A DNA stretch of 64,000 nucleotides, taken from an uncultured Chloroflexia bacterium. Its GTDB lineage: Bacteria > Chloroflexota > Limnocylindria > Limnocylindrales > CSP1-4. The stretch is from assembly GCA_963828165.1 (NCBI GenBank), contig CAWHDR010000001.1, positions 96,001 through 160,000 of the forward strand, in the 5' to 3' direction. A program made the position numbers and the translations under genes. The notes below the pieces were generated by a model that made no database searches, was not told the DNA's origin, and was given only the letters and a program-made list of their open reading frames with translations. Below, piece after piece: positions 50,648-60,563 of this stretch (position 1 is the stretch's first letter; each line of letters starts with the position of its first letter).

Positions 50648-52020
50648 TCAGGGCGCCGCTTCGATCGCCTCTTGCATCTTTGCGAGCGCCTCAGCCGGCG
50701 CGACACCGTTGACGACGACATCGTAGACGAGCGTCTGCGCGATGTAGGAGTTGATGTCCGCGAACTTCGGCCCCATCGTCAAGCCAGCCACGTTCACCGA
50801 GCTCGCTCTTGATGACCTCGAAGGTCACCTGGTCGCTGAAGCAGGGGTCCGGCTTCTGGAGCGACGGGTCGTCATAGACGTCAGGTCGATACGGATCGAA
50901 CCCTAGATCGACCCAGCCTGACACTTGTCCTTCCTTCGTCAGCTTGGCAAAGGTCACGAAGTCCTTGGCCAGCTGCTGCGTTGTCGGCCGGGGTCTGGTC
51001 GGTGACGGCCGTCCCCGTGCCACCGCCCATGGAGGTGGTGACGGTCTGCCCGTCGAACGTGGGCATGGGCTTGATGAGCATCGAGCCGCACAGGCCGTCC
51101 ATGTTGTCCGGGAACCGGGTCATGTACCACTGCGGCATCACGAACGCGGCGATCTTGCCGGCCTGCATCGCCGCGTAGAACTCCGGCGCATGGAGGAAGC
51201 CACCCGGTGACGCCATCGCGATCTTGTCGGTGTTGACCATGTCAGCGGCGAGCTGCAGCGCCTTCTCGTTGCCGGGCGAGGTGATCGTCAGGTTGCCGCT
51301 CGCGTCATAGAACCCGCCGCCCGCCATGAGCATCGGGCCGATCATCGTGTGGACGTCGGTGGTCTCGATCGTGGAGAAGAACGCGCCATTCGGGTCGGCG
51401 GTCGGATTCTGCTTCGCCATGAAGGTCTTCCCGGCGGCCTGGAAGTCAGCCCAGGTCTTGATCGAGTCGGCGTCGATCCCGGCCTTGGTCAGCAGCGCGC
51501 CGTTATAGAACGCGAGGTACGCACCGAGGTGGTAGTCGATGCCGTACTGCTTGCCGCCGAACTGGTAGGGAGCTAGCCGAGATGCGATGAGATCCGGTAC
51601 GTACGGCTGTGTCTCGGCGGTCAGATCCAGCAGATGGACCGTGCCCTTGAGGAAGTTGCTGAACTTGCCGATCTCGATGTCGACGATCTTCGGACCGCCA
51701 CTGCCGTTGACGAACGCGGCGGCCAGGTTGTCATGCATCTGGGCGTACTCGATCACCGAGGGATCGAGAGCCACCGGACGGTCCGGATTCGCCGCATTCC
51801 ATTCCTCGGCTCGCTTCTGGAACCAGGTGGCATGGCGATCGACGAACGTCCAGAAGGTGAAACGAGTGGCCTCTGCCGGCGGCGACGCTGCCGGAGCGGC
51901 GCTGCCCGTGGCGGGTGGGGCGGACGCGGATGCCTGCCCGGTCGGCGGTGCTGCGGTGCCGCAGGCCGCCGCGACAAGCGCGATGACCACGAGCAGACCC
52001 AAGTGTCGTAGCTGACCCAT
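50648..52020 (-). CDS. ABC sugar-binding lipoprotein (AraN-like; frameshifts ~50980 and ~50797)
   Basis: Lipobox AAAC, FWTF, DIEIGKF, MPQWY, GGGTGTAVT, WVDLGFDP; C-terminus ...AEALAKMQEAIEAAP* at 50648. Confidence 0.88.
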
Positions 52021-52105
52021 ATGCCCTCCTAAGTTGGCGAGGCTATGCCGCGTCCATTTCCTCACTCGGGACGCTGAAGCGCCGACACGATGCTCGCCGA
52101 CGGTA

Positions 52106-52143
52106 AACCTAGCACATGCTACGTGTGCACGCAAGCGTGTGCA
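52106..52143 (-). promoter_or_regulatory. Sigma70-type promoter with overlapping LacI-type operator for the araN operon
   Basis: Minus strand TTGCGT-17 nt-TAGGTT; CGCAAGCGTGTGCA (52130-52143) overlaps the -35. Confidence 0.65.
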
Positions 52144-52290
52144 TACAAAACGCGTGCCTCTGGGAACGGCCTCCTTGCTGGCTGCGTTCTCGGTGCCGTC
52201 ACGAGCACGAAGCCCTTCGTTGCCGCCCGTCGTGACCTTCCTCGCCGCTCATGGTCCGCGGCCGCAGCACGGCGGCGATGGGAGACGGAT

Positions 52291-52330
52291 CGAAAAGGGG
52301 GCGCCGGATGATGCCGGGCGCCCCTTTCGA
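52291..52330 (-). terminator. Intrinsic terminator downstream of the large esterase
   Basis: aaaagggggcgcc...ggcgcccctttc hairpin with T tract on the minus strand. Confidence 0.65.
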
Positions 52331-52597
52331 TGGATCGTGGTCCACCGCCCTGGTTCCGGGTGGAATCCCACGGACACCGCTCGCTGCAAGCGTGGGCACG
52401 TCCGGGACGGGCGTGACGCGTCGACCGGAGGGAGGAGCCTGCGGTGGCCCTCGGAGGAGTCGAGGTGCCACCGCAGGATGTGTGGATCGATCGGGTTTAC
52501 CGGCCGCCGGGCTTTCGCCGCGACGGCCGCATGACTTCGTGGGTTCGGCGAGCTCTCACGATGGATCGTGTATCGCAAGCCGACCCGGACATTGCGT

Positions 52598-55500
52598 CTA
52601 CTGGATCTTCACTCGGCCGCTGATCGTGTTCCCGGACGCGTGCACGGGGCCCGTGTCCGGCGGCGGCAGGGAACCGGAGTTCCCCGTGATCGTGACCGGC
52701 CCGGTCACGTGATTGCCGTTGAACTCGACGCCGGCGGTGTTGTTCTGGATCTTGGTGGGGCCCGTCACCGAGTTGCCGGCACAGGGGCCGGTCGCCGCGT
52801 GACCGCCGAACAGCACGAGTCCGCTGCCTCCGGTGAGCGTGAGTGGACCGGTCACGGTCGCGCCGCAGAAGCGAAGCACACCTGCACCGGTGGAATCGAC
52901 CGGGCCGCTGATGCTGCCGCCTGCGACGTCAAGCACGCCACCGGGCTTGACGGTCACCGGTGCGGCTACGCTGGCGCCGGAGCCGATGCGGACCACTTCG
53001 CCGGCCGAGACGACGAGCGGGACGGACCGGTTCCCAGTGATGGTGGATGTGTACGTGACGCTGAGCGTGCCTGGCGCGAACGGGCCAAAGCTGTAGTTGG
53101 CCGCGGCGAGGCTGCCGATCGAGCAATCGATCGGGTATGTCCCGCCGGTGCTGAACTGCGTCGCGGGAGTCGTGCACGAGGCGTTGCCCGTGACACCAGA
53201 AGTAGCAAGGGTCTCGCCGGCCACGAAGCCTGAAAGGTTCGCGGTCAGTGGTGGGTTCGCACTCCCGAATCGACGGGTCTGGTCGTTCCCGGTCACGGTC
53301 AGCGCGGCCTTGCCGATGCTGAAGGTCTGCGGCACGTCGGGGGCCAGGTTCCAGTTGGCGTCGCCGGTCTGCAGCGCGGCGATGGTGCATGAACCGGCAC
53401 CGGTGATGTGGACGGTCGTCCCGGCTACGGTGCAGTCACCGTCCGCGCCGAACGAGACGTCGAGACCGGAGGATGCGGTGGCGCTGACCGCGAAGTCGGC
53501 GTCGCCGTAGGTCTTGTCCGCGAGGGCATCGAAGCTGATCGTCTGGTCGGCCTTGGCGACCTGCAACGTCCGGACGACGTCGGCCGCGGCATTGAAGCTG
53601 CCGTTGCCAGCCTGCGAGGCGGTGATGGTGCAGGCGCCGGCGCCACTGATGTGGACGTTGGCCGGTGAGGTCGCCGAGTCGAGGCTGCACGGGCCCGATG
53701 TCACGCTCAGGCTGACCGGCAGGCTCGACGACGCCGTGGCGCTGATTCCGAAATCGGGGTCGCCGAACGTCGCGTTCGAGATCGCGCCGAAGGTGATGTG
53801 CTGATCGGTCTTGGGGGCTGTGTACACGAAGGTCTGCGGCGGCTTCCACAGATAGTCGCGCATGAACTTCGTCAACAACTGGTCCCAGGCATTGAAGTCG
53901 TGGCCAGCCGCGACAGACTCATACTGGAAGTGCAGGTTCGGGGACGCTGCCAGGTTGTTCAAGGTCGTTGCACTCGGCGGTGCCACCGTCGTATCCCATC
54001 GGCCGAAGCCGACGAGGATGTAGGCCTGGTTGAGGTTCGCCGTACTCGTGTTGATACTCGGGGTCCAACTGAAGACGCCGTAGTAGCCGAAACGCAACGG
54101 GTTGTTGTTGATGATGTTCACGGTCGTCGACCCGCCCGCCGACAGACCCGCGAACGCGCGATCCATCCGGTCTGTCGAGACGTTGTAGTTGTTCTGGACG
54201 AACGGGATGATCGTGCTCTCGAGGATGGTGTAGGGAGAGCCTCCCAGGTAGTTCTGGTCCGTGGTGACGATGACCGCGGGCTCCGTGAGGCCGTCCTCAA
54301 TCAGATTGTCCATGAGCACCGGGGCGTCGCCGATGTTCAACCAGTCGGAGGCATCCTGCCCTGAGCCGTGCTGGAGGTAGATCGTCTTGTACGGCTGCGC
54401 CCGATCCGGGTCATAGCCTGGCGGGGTGTAGATGCCCAGATATCGCTGCCGGGAGCCTTGGGCGGTCGCACCGGCGGCATGGGCGATGGTGAGCGGAGCG
54501 CTCACGGTCACGCCAGTGCCGGAGCCGCGGGTGGTGGTGCCGATAGCATGGCCGGCATTCAGTCCAGCGGAGAACGTGATGCCCGTGCCCGGCTGACTCT
54601 GGTCGCGCACTGCGGCCGCGGTCGCGTGAGCGAGCGTGAGCGGGGCGGTCACGGTGACGCCCGTGCCGCCGGGACCCTGGGTGCCGACGATCGCGATGGT
54701 CGCCGTCTCGAGGTTGGCGCCGGTGTCGATGGTCAGCGTGTCGCCGACGACCAGGCCGGTGACGCTCCCGACCTTGATGTTGGTCGCGCCGGCCGCCGCC
54801 GCGGCGGCCAGCGTCGTCGCCCGGCCTGCCGTGCCGACGGTCGTGATCGTCCGCGACTCGAGGTTCGCAGCGGTGTCGATGAGGATCTGCTGCCCGACGA
54901 CGAAGCCCGCGACCGACGGGACCTTCACATTCGTGTCGCCGCTGTTTGCGGCCGAGAACAGGGTGGTCACGCCGCCGGCGGCCGTGCCGACCGCGCTGAT
55001 CGAGCCGGTCTCCTGGTTGGCTGCGGTGTCAACGCTCAGGTTGCCGCCCACGGCCAGGCCGGCCACGCTCGCGAGGAACAGCTTGGTGTCACCGACCGCG
55101 CTCGGCGCGACGAGGGTGGTCGCCGCACTGCTGGTTGTCATGAACGGGACGTAGCCCCAAGACCCACCGCCGGCGCTTCCCGTGCCGGTCGGGGCATACG
55201 GCCTGACGTTCTCGATAACGCGCGCCGCAAGGGGCGCGAAGTTCTGCTTCTCGTCGTACGGGACGTTCACCTTGTTGAAGGCGCGCCGGGCGGTCCCGGT
55301 CAGGCCGTCGGGAGCGTAGATCGGCGGATTGGCGGGATCGGTCACCCACAGGTTGGTGTTGTTGTTGACGTAGAACCAGTACTGGTTGGCGCCGGCCGCC
55401 AACGGCACATCGGTGACCCAATAGCCGTCGCCGACGTTGGTCATCTGGACGTCATATCCGCCACCGCCGCGCATCAGACCGGGCCGATACTGGGACGGCT

Positions 55501-55750
55501 GGTAGATCGTCGGACTGGTGGGATTCTCCCAGTCCCGCAACAGGATGTCGGCCACGAACCGGACGCTGGTGGCGGTCGGGTTGTGGTAGACGAAGTGTCC
55601 GGTGTAGCCGGTCGGCGAAGCCGGATCCTGGATGATCGTCGGCCCTGGGGTCAGATCCACGTCCTCGGCCAGCGCCGCCGCGGGCGAGAGACCCAGAACC
55701 ATGGCTGACGCCAGTACCAAAGCCGAGATTTTTCGTGCGATTTTCACCAT
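52598..55750 (-). CDS. Secreted multidomain esterase (CE1-like alpha/beta hydrolase) with inserted repeats, Ig-like/MBG-type domains and C-terminal beta-rich domain
   Basis: Signal peptide; YTPPGY, YLQHG, AFAGLSAGG nucleophile elbow, GHDF; two KxDQxIxF Ig-like repeats. Confidence 0.82.
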   Translation of the reverse strand: MVKIARKISALVLASAMVLGLSPAAALAEDVDLTPGPTIIQDPASPTGYTGHFVYHNPTATSVRFVADILLRDWENPTSPTIYQPSQYRPGLMRGGGGYDVQMTNVGDGYWVTDVPLAAGANQYWFYVNNNTNLWVTDPANPPIYAPDGLTGTARRAFNKVNVPYDEKQNFAPLAARVIENVRPYAPTGTGSAGGGSWGYVPFMTTSSAATTLVAPSAVGDTKLFLASVAGLAVGGNLSVDTAANQETGSISAVGTAAGGVTTLFSAANSGDTNVKVPSVAGFVVGQQILIDTAANLESRTITTVGTAGRATTLAAAAAAGATNIKVGSVTGLVVGDTLTIDTGANLETATIAIVGTQGPGGTGVTVTAPLTLAHATAAAVRDQSQPGTGITFSAGLNAGHAIGTTTRGSGTGVTVSAPLTIAHAAGATAQGSRQRYLGIYTPPGYDPDRAQPYKTIYLQHGSGQDASDWLNIGDAPVLMDNLIEDGLTEPAVIVTTDQNYLGGSPYTILESTIIPFVQNNYNVSTDRMDRAFAGLSAGGSTTVNIINNNPLRFGYYGVFSWTPSINTSTANLNQAYILVGFGRWDTTVAPPSATTLNNLAASPNLHFQYESVAAGHDFNAWDQLLTKFMRDYLWKPPQTFVYTAPKTDQHITFGAISNATFGDPDFGISATASSSLPVSLSVTSGPCSLDSATSPANVHISGAGACTITASQAGNGSFNAAADVVRTLQVAKADQTISFDALADKTYGDADFAVSATASSGLDVSFGADGDCTVAGTTVHITGAGSCTIAALQTGDANWNLAPDVPQTFSIGKAALTVTGNDQTRRFGSANPPLTANLSGFVAGETLATSGVTGNASCTTPATQFSTGGTYPIDCSIGSLAAANYSFGPFAPGTLSVTYTSTITGNRSVPLVVSAGEVVRIGSGASVAAPVTVKPGGVLDVAGGSISGPVDSTGAGVLRFCGATVTGPLTLTGGSGLVLFGGHAATGPCAGNSVTGPTKIQNNTAGVEFNGNHVTGPVTITGNSGSLPPPDTGPVHASGNTISGRVKIQ

Positions 55751-57491
55751 TCTCCAATCTTTGGCTCGGAGACCACGCGATCTCGAAGGAGCGGGATTCC
55801 GCTAGATGCGGCAGACGCTGTCCGTGAACGCCCACGAGTGCACGAGGAGGGCGCAGGCCTGCACGGTGTCCGAGCGAGCGAGGAGGTTGCTCGGCTGGTG
55901 ACTCTGAGAGACCGGTCGTCGTCCCCTTCGGCACGCCACCCGCACTGCCCGTGCCGCTAGGTGCCAGGGACCCGGTGATCGGGGTTGCTGGCAGAACCCC
56001 TCGGCCAGCAACCCCTTCGACTCCTGACGGATAGAGCTGATCAGACTCCCATCTACAACCAGAACCCGACGTTGAAGATGATCTTCTCCGCCTTCGTGCG
56101 AAGGCCTGCTGCCTGCTCTGCAGTCAGCTTCCCTTCGCTCTCCAGCGAATCGACCTGAACGACAAGCCCGTTCAGCACGTCGATCATCTCGCTCCTCTGA
56201 TCCTTGAGGAACAACTTGTACGCCTGGTCGAGCTTGACCGTGAGGGCGTTACGGACCCCCTTGTTCAGGCTCGTGCTTGCAACGTCACTCTTGAGGATCT
56301 CGATCTTGTCGTTGATGAACACTTCCGGGTGCCACAGATAGTCCCTGGCGAACGTCGTGAACAACTGGTTCCAGGAATTGAAGTCGTGGGCACCGGCAAC
56401 GACCACGTTCTTGGCGAACGCGTTGGTCCGCGCGGCTACTTGCGTGGCGTTCGGCAGCCCGAAGTCCCATCGTCCCCCGCCCCACACGATGTAGGGCACG
56501 CCCAGGTTCGCCGCGTTGTTGTTGACGCTCACGCCGCCGCTCCACGGGCCGTAGTACCCGAACTTCGTGGCGTCGAAGTTGATGAGGTTGGACGTGACGA
56601 TCCCGCCCGCCGAGAGACCGGCAAACGCCCGATCCGTCGGATGCGTCGAGACGTTGTAGTTGCTTTCCACGAACGGCAGGACGATGTTGCGTAGGTTGGG
56701 ATACCCCTGATTGGCGGCACCGAGGTAGTTGGTGTTCGTCGTAACGACGATCGCTGGCTGGGTGAGGCCGTCCTGGAGCAGGTTGTCCATGATGACCGGT
56801 ACGCTGCCGATGTTCATCCAGTCGGACTGATCCTGGCCGCCGCCATGCTGCATCCAGATGGTCTTGTACGGCTCGGCGCGCTCGGCGTCATAGCCGGGCG
56901 GCAGGTACACGCCCAGCGTCCGTGTGGCGGTACCGATCTGGATCGGCACGTAGCTCCACGTACCCTTCGGCGAGTCGGGCCTTGGGTTCTCGATCACACG
57001 CGCCGCCAGCGGGCCGTAGTTCTGCTTCTCCGCGTCGTACGGCACGTTCACCTTGTTGAAGGCGCGCCGGGCGGTCCCGGTCAGGCCGTCGGGAGCGTAG
57101 ATCGGCGGATTGGCGGGATCGGTCACCCACAGGTTGGTGTTGTTGTTGACGTAGAACCAGTACTGGTTGGCGCCGGCCGCCAACGGCACATCGGTGACCC
57201 AATAGCCGTCGCCGACGTTGGTCATCTGGACGTCATATCCGCCACCGCCGCGCATCAGACCGGGCCGATACTGGGACGGCTGGTAGATCGTCGGACTGGT
57301 GGGATTCTCCCAGTCCCGCAACAGGATGTCGGCCACGAACCGGACGCTGGTGGCGGTCGGGTTGTGGTAGACGAAGTGTCCGGTGTAGCCGGTCGGCGAA
57401 GCCGGATCCTGGATGATCGTCGGCCCTGGGGTCAGATCCACGTCCTCGGCCAGCGCCGCCGCGGGCGAGAGACCCAGAACCATGGCTGACG
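55263..57491. repeat. Apparently identical 448-bp direct repeat (55263-55710 and 57044-57491) in the 5' ends of the two esterases
   Basis: Manual line-by-line comparison found no mismatch at offset 1781. Confidence 0.9.
55981..56015. terminator. Hairpin between the two esterase genes
   Basis: ggggttgctggc...gccagcaacccc 12-bp stem. Confidence 0.6.
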
Positions 57492-57534
57492 AGAGTACCA
57501 AAGCCGAGATTCGTTTGAGGTTTTTCAAACCCAT
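56053..57534 (-). CDS. Secreted CE1-like esterase with C-terminal helical (FIMAH-like) domain
   Basis: AGGAGG + ATG 57534, signal peptide, YLPPGY, AFAGLSAGG, AHDF; tail GVRNALTVKL...GKLTAEQA. Confidence 0.82.
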   Translation of the reverse strand: MGLKNLKRISALVLSSAMVLGLSPAAALAEDVDLTPGPTIIQDPASPTGYTGHFVYHNPTATSVRFVADILLRDWENPTSPTIYQPSQYRPGLMRGGGGYDVQMTNVGDGYWVTDVPLAAGANQYWFYVNNNTNLWVTDPANPPIYAPDGLTGTARRAFNKVNVPYDAEKQNYGPLAARVIENPRPDSPKGTWSYVPIQIGTATRTLGVYLPPGYDAERAEPYKTIWMQHGGGQDQSDWMNIGSVPVIMDNLLQDGLTQPAIVVTTNTNYLGAANQGYPNLRNIVLPFVESNYNVSTHPTDRAFAGLSAGGIVTSNLINFDATKFGYYGPWSGGVSVNNNAANLGVPYIVWGGGRWDFGLPNATQVAARTNAFAKNVVVAGAHDFNSWNQLFTTFARDYLWHPEVFINDKIEILKSDVASTSLNKGVRNALTVKLDQAYKLFLKDQRSEMIDVLNGLVVQVDSLESEGKLTAEQAAGLRTKAEKIIFNVGFWL

Positions 57535-57726
57535 CCTCCTTCTGAACAACGCGCTATCTGAGCATTCCCGGTACTCGCCGACGTCGAGTCCCGCGGGACA
57601 ACCGCGACCTTCGCTTGTACAGTTGGGCGTCGTGAACCACGCCATCTCAAGGAGAGAAGGGATCTATCGGATGCCGTCCGAACGAAGTGAACGGGGACTC
57701 CTGTGGTGACGGGAGCTGTGCAACGC

Positions 57727-57755
57727 GTGCAAGCGTATGCGGTCAGTGGTATGCT
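57727..57755 (+). promoter_or_regulatory. Promoter of lacI-araA with LacI-type operator
   Basis: GTGCAA-17 nt-TATGCT with TG extension; TGCAAGCGTATGCG (57728-57741) matches the 52130 site in reverse orientation. Confidence 0.6.
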
Positions 57756-57796
57756 GTCAGTCGAATGCTGATGCTGTCAAGCCCCAACGTCTAGCT

Positions 57797-58912
57797 GTGG
57801 CCACCACGCCGACTCCCGGACCGCCGCCGCAGGCCACCATGCGGGACATCGCCCGTGCGGCCAGGGTCTCCCAGAGCACCGTGTCGCGGGTCTTGAACGC
57901 GGCCTCCTCGTCGATCCCGATCAGCGAGGAGACACGCGAACGAGTCCTTGCCTCGGCGCGTCGCCTTGGGTACAGCCCCAACCCGCTCGCCAGGGGCCTG
58001 CGAGGAGCTCCCACCATGCTCCTCGGTGTCATCGTTCGTGACATCACCGACCCGTTCTTCGCCGGTCCCATCGAGGCCGTCTCGATCGAAGCCGCGCGCC
58101 GTGGCTACAACGTTGTCCTGGGGCACGCCCACGGTCGAGCCGATGAGGCGATGGTGCTCCGATCGGCGCTGGAGACGCGACACGTCGACGCGATCCTCGT
58201 GCTCGGTGACATGACCGATCAGCCGCGCTTGATCGACGATCTCCAGAATTGCCGGGTCCCCGTCGTGGCACTCTGGCAAGGCACTGCGCTCCACGGATTG
58301 CCCATGGTCAACGTGGATAACGCCACGGGAGTCTCCCTCGCGCTTGACCACCTTCTCGCGCTTGGTCACCAGCGCATCGCCTTCGTGAGCGGTCGTCCGC
58401 TTGGAGACATCGAAGAGCGCCGCACCGCGTTCGAGAGCCGGATGCATGCCGCAGGGCTCGAGATCGCCGATGGGTTCGTGCAGCATGTCTCCAACGACCC
58501 AGCCGGTGGCGAGCAAGCGCTCGTGGCACTCTTGAGCCTCGCGTCCCGACCGACGGCGGTCGTCTGCTCGACCGATCATCTCGCGATCGGGGTCCTTCAC
58601 GGCGCCGCGGGACTGGGACTCGGTGTGCCTTCGGACCTTTCGGTCACGGGATTTGACGATCTCCCGATCTCAACTTTCACCGTACCTGCGCTGACGACGG
58701 TCCGAATGCCGATTTGCGAGATGTCCGCCCTTGCCGTTCAGATCGCCTTCGACCCAAGATCTGCTGAGCCGACCGTCGAGGTACTGCGACCAGAGTTCGT
58801 GATCCGAGAGTCGACCGGGCCGGCTCCAGACGTGGACGACCGGTCCAGTCCTCGCCGAGCGGGATCCGGCACCGGGCGCAGGAAGAGAGCCACACCGAGA
58901 TCCCCCGCGTGA
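57797..58912 (+). CDS. LacI-family transcriptional regulator
   Basis: [46 protein letters not shown]; start 57797 or 57839. Confidence 0.93.
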   Translation: MATTPTPGPPPQATMRDIARAARVSQSTVSRVLNAASSSIPISEETRERVLASARRLGYSPNPLARGLRGAPTMLLGVIVRDITDPFFAGPIEAVSIEAARRGYNVVLGHAHGRADEAMVLRSALETRHVDAILVLGDMTDQPRLIDDLQNCRVPVVALWQGTALHGLPMVNVDNATGVSLALDHLLALGHQRIAFVSGRPLGDIEERRTAFESRMHAAGLEIADGFVQHVSNDPAGGEQALVALLSLASRPTAVVCSTDHLAIGVLHGAAGLGLGVPSDLSVTGFDDLPISTFTVPALTTVRMPICEMSALAVQIAFDPRSAEPTVEVLRPEFVIRESTGPAPDVDDRSSPRRAGSGTGRRKRATPRSPA

Positions 58913-60414
58913 AGCCTCTGGCGGGACTCGAGGTGTGGTTCGTCACGGGCAGTCAGGACCTGTATGGCGATGACGCGCTGCGGCAGGTCGCCGATCACGC
59001 CATGCGGATCGCAGAAGCCCTCGATGCCGCCCTTGCGATCCCCCTACGTGTCTGCTTCAAGCCCGTCGTGACGTCACCCGAGAACATTCGGGCGGTTTGC
59101 CAGCAGGCGAACGCGTCCGATTCCTGCGTCGGGGTGATCGCCTGGATGCACACGTTCTCGCCAGCCCGAATGTGGATCGGGGGGCTTCAGGACCTGCAGA
59201 AGCCCCTCCTACATCTCCACACGCAGTTCAACCGTGATCTTCCCTGGGCGGAGATCGACATGGACTTCATGAACCTCAATCAGTCGGCCCACGGCGACCG
59301 CGAGTTCGGATACCTGCAGACCCGACTTCGCCGCTCGCGCAAGTCGGTCGTCGGGCATTGGCAGGATCCATACGTGGCAGACCGCGTCGGGGCATGGGCC
59401 CGAGCTGCCGCGGGTTGGAATGAGGCCCGGCGCCTTCGGGTGGCGCGCTTCGGCGACAACATGCGGCACGTTGCGGTCACCGAGGGTGACAAGGTCGAGG
59501 CCCAGATCCGCCTCGGCGTCGCGGTCAACGGCTATGGCACGAGTGATCTTGTCGAGGCGGTCCGAGACGTCCCGCCGGAGGCCGTTGAGCGGCTGCTGGA
59601 AGCGTACGACGACGAGTATGTCGTGGCCCCGGAGCTCGGGCCATCGGGTGCGCGACGAGCGGAACTGAGGGAGGCGGCGCGGATCGAGGCTGGCCTCCGG
59701 GCGTTTCTCGAAGCTGGGGGGTTCGGTGCCTTCACGGACACGTTCGAGGATCTCGAGGGGCTCGTGCAGCTGCCCGGCATCGGCGTCCAGCGACTGATGG
59801 CCGAAGGCTACGGGTTCGGTGCCGAGGGGGACTGGAAGACGGCGGTGATGGTCCGCCTCGCGAAGGTGATGGCGACCGGACTGCCCGGCGGAACGTCCTT
59901 CATGGAGGACTATACCTACGACTTCGATGTCGACGGGCCCAAGGTGCTCGGTGCGCACATGCTTGAAGTCTGCCCGTCGATCGCAGCTTCGCAGCCCACC
60001 TGCGAGATCCACCCGCTCTCCATCGGCGGTCGCTCCGACCCCGTGCGACTGGTGTTCACTGCTGCGCCCGGACCGGCCGTCGTCGCATCGCTGATGGATC
60101 TTGGCGATCGGTTCCGCATCGTGGCCAACGAGATCGACCTGGTGGACCCGAAAGCGCTCCTACCGCGGTTGCCCGTAGCGCGAGCTGTCTGGAAACCCCG
60201 GCCGGACTTCAGGACCGCAGCCGAGGCCTGGCTGCTCGCTGGCGGTTCACACCACACCGTGCTCACACAGCCGCTCACTCGAGAGCACTTCGAGGACTTC
60301 GCAGAGATGGGTGGGCTCGAATTCCTCTCGATCGACGCCGACACACGCATGACGACGTTCAAGAACGAGCTTCGTTGGAACCAGACGTACTACCGCCTTG
60401 CCGGCAGCCTGTAG
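58909..60414 (+). CDS. araA: L-arabinose isomerase
   Basis: [57 protein letters not shown]. Confidence 0.97.
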   Translation: MKPLAGLEVWFVTGSQDLYGDDALRQVADHAMRIAEALDAALAIPLRVCFKPVVTSPENIRAVCQQANASDSCVGVIAWMHTFSPARMWIGGLQDLQKPLLHLHTQFNRDLPWAEIDMDFMNLNQSAHGDREFGYLQTRLRRSRKSVVGHWQDPYVADRVGAWARAAAGWNEARRLRVARFGDNMRHVAVTEGDKVEAQIRLGVAVNGYGTSDLVEAVRDVPPEAVERLLEAYDDEYVVAPELGPSGARRAELREAARIEAGLRAFLEAGGFGAFTDTFEDLEGLVQLPGIGVQRLMAEGYGFGAEGDWKTAVMVRLAKVMATGLPGGTSFMEDYTYDFDVDGPKVLGAHMLEVCPSIAASQPTCEIHPLSIGGRSDPVRLVFTAAPGPAVVASLMDLGDRFRIVANEIDLVDPKALLPRLPVARAVWKPRPDFRTAAEAWLLAGGSHHTVLTQPLTREHFEDFAEMGGLEFLSIDADTRMTTFKNELRWNQTYYRLAGSL

Positions 60415-60563
60415 TCAACTGGGGGACACGGAATACTTCACCGCTGGCGCGCAGGGATGTCTCCTCCTTCCTGCGCCGCCTGCGGCTCTGCAGTGCCCGA
60501 TCACGCAGTTTCGGCGGCTGCGACCTCTCGCGTGGAGGTGACAGTCACTGACCCCCGAGCGCG

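Noticed and set aside
55263-57491. Diversity-generating retroelement template/variable repeat pair
   Set aside because: The copies show no adenine-specific mismatches and there is no reverse transcriptase in the window
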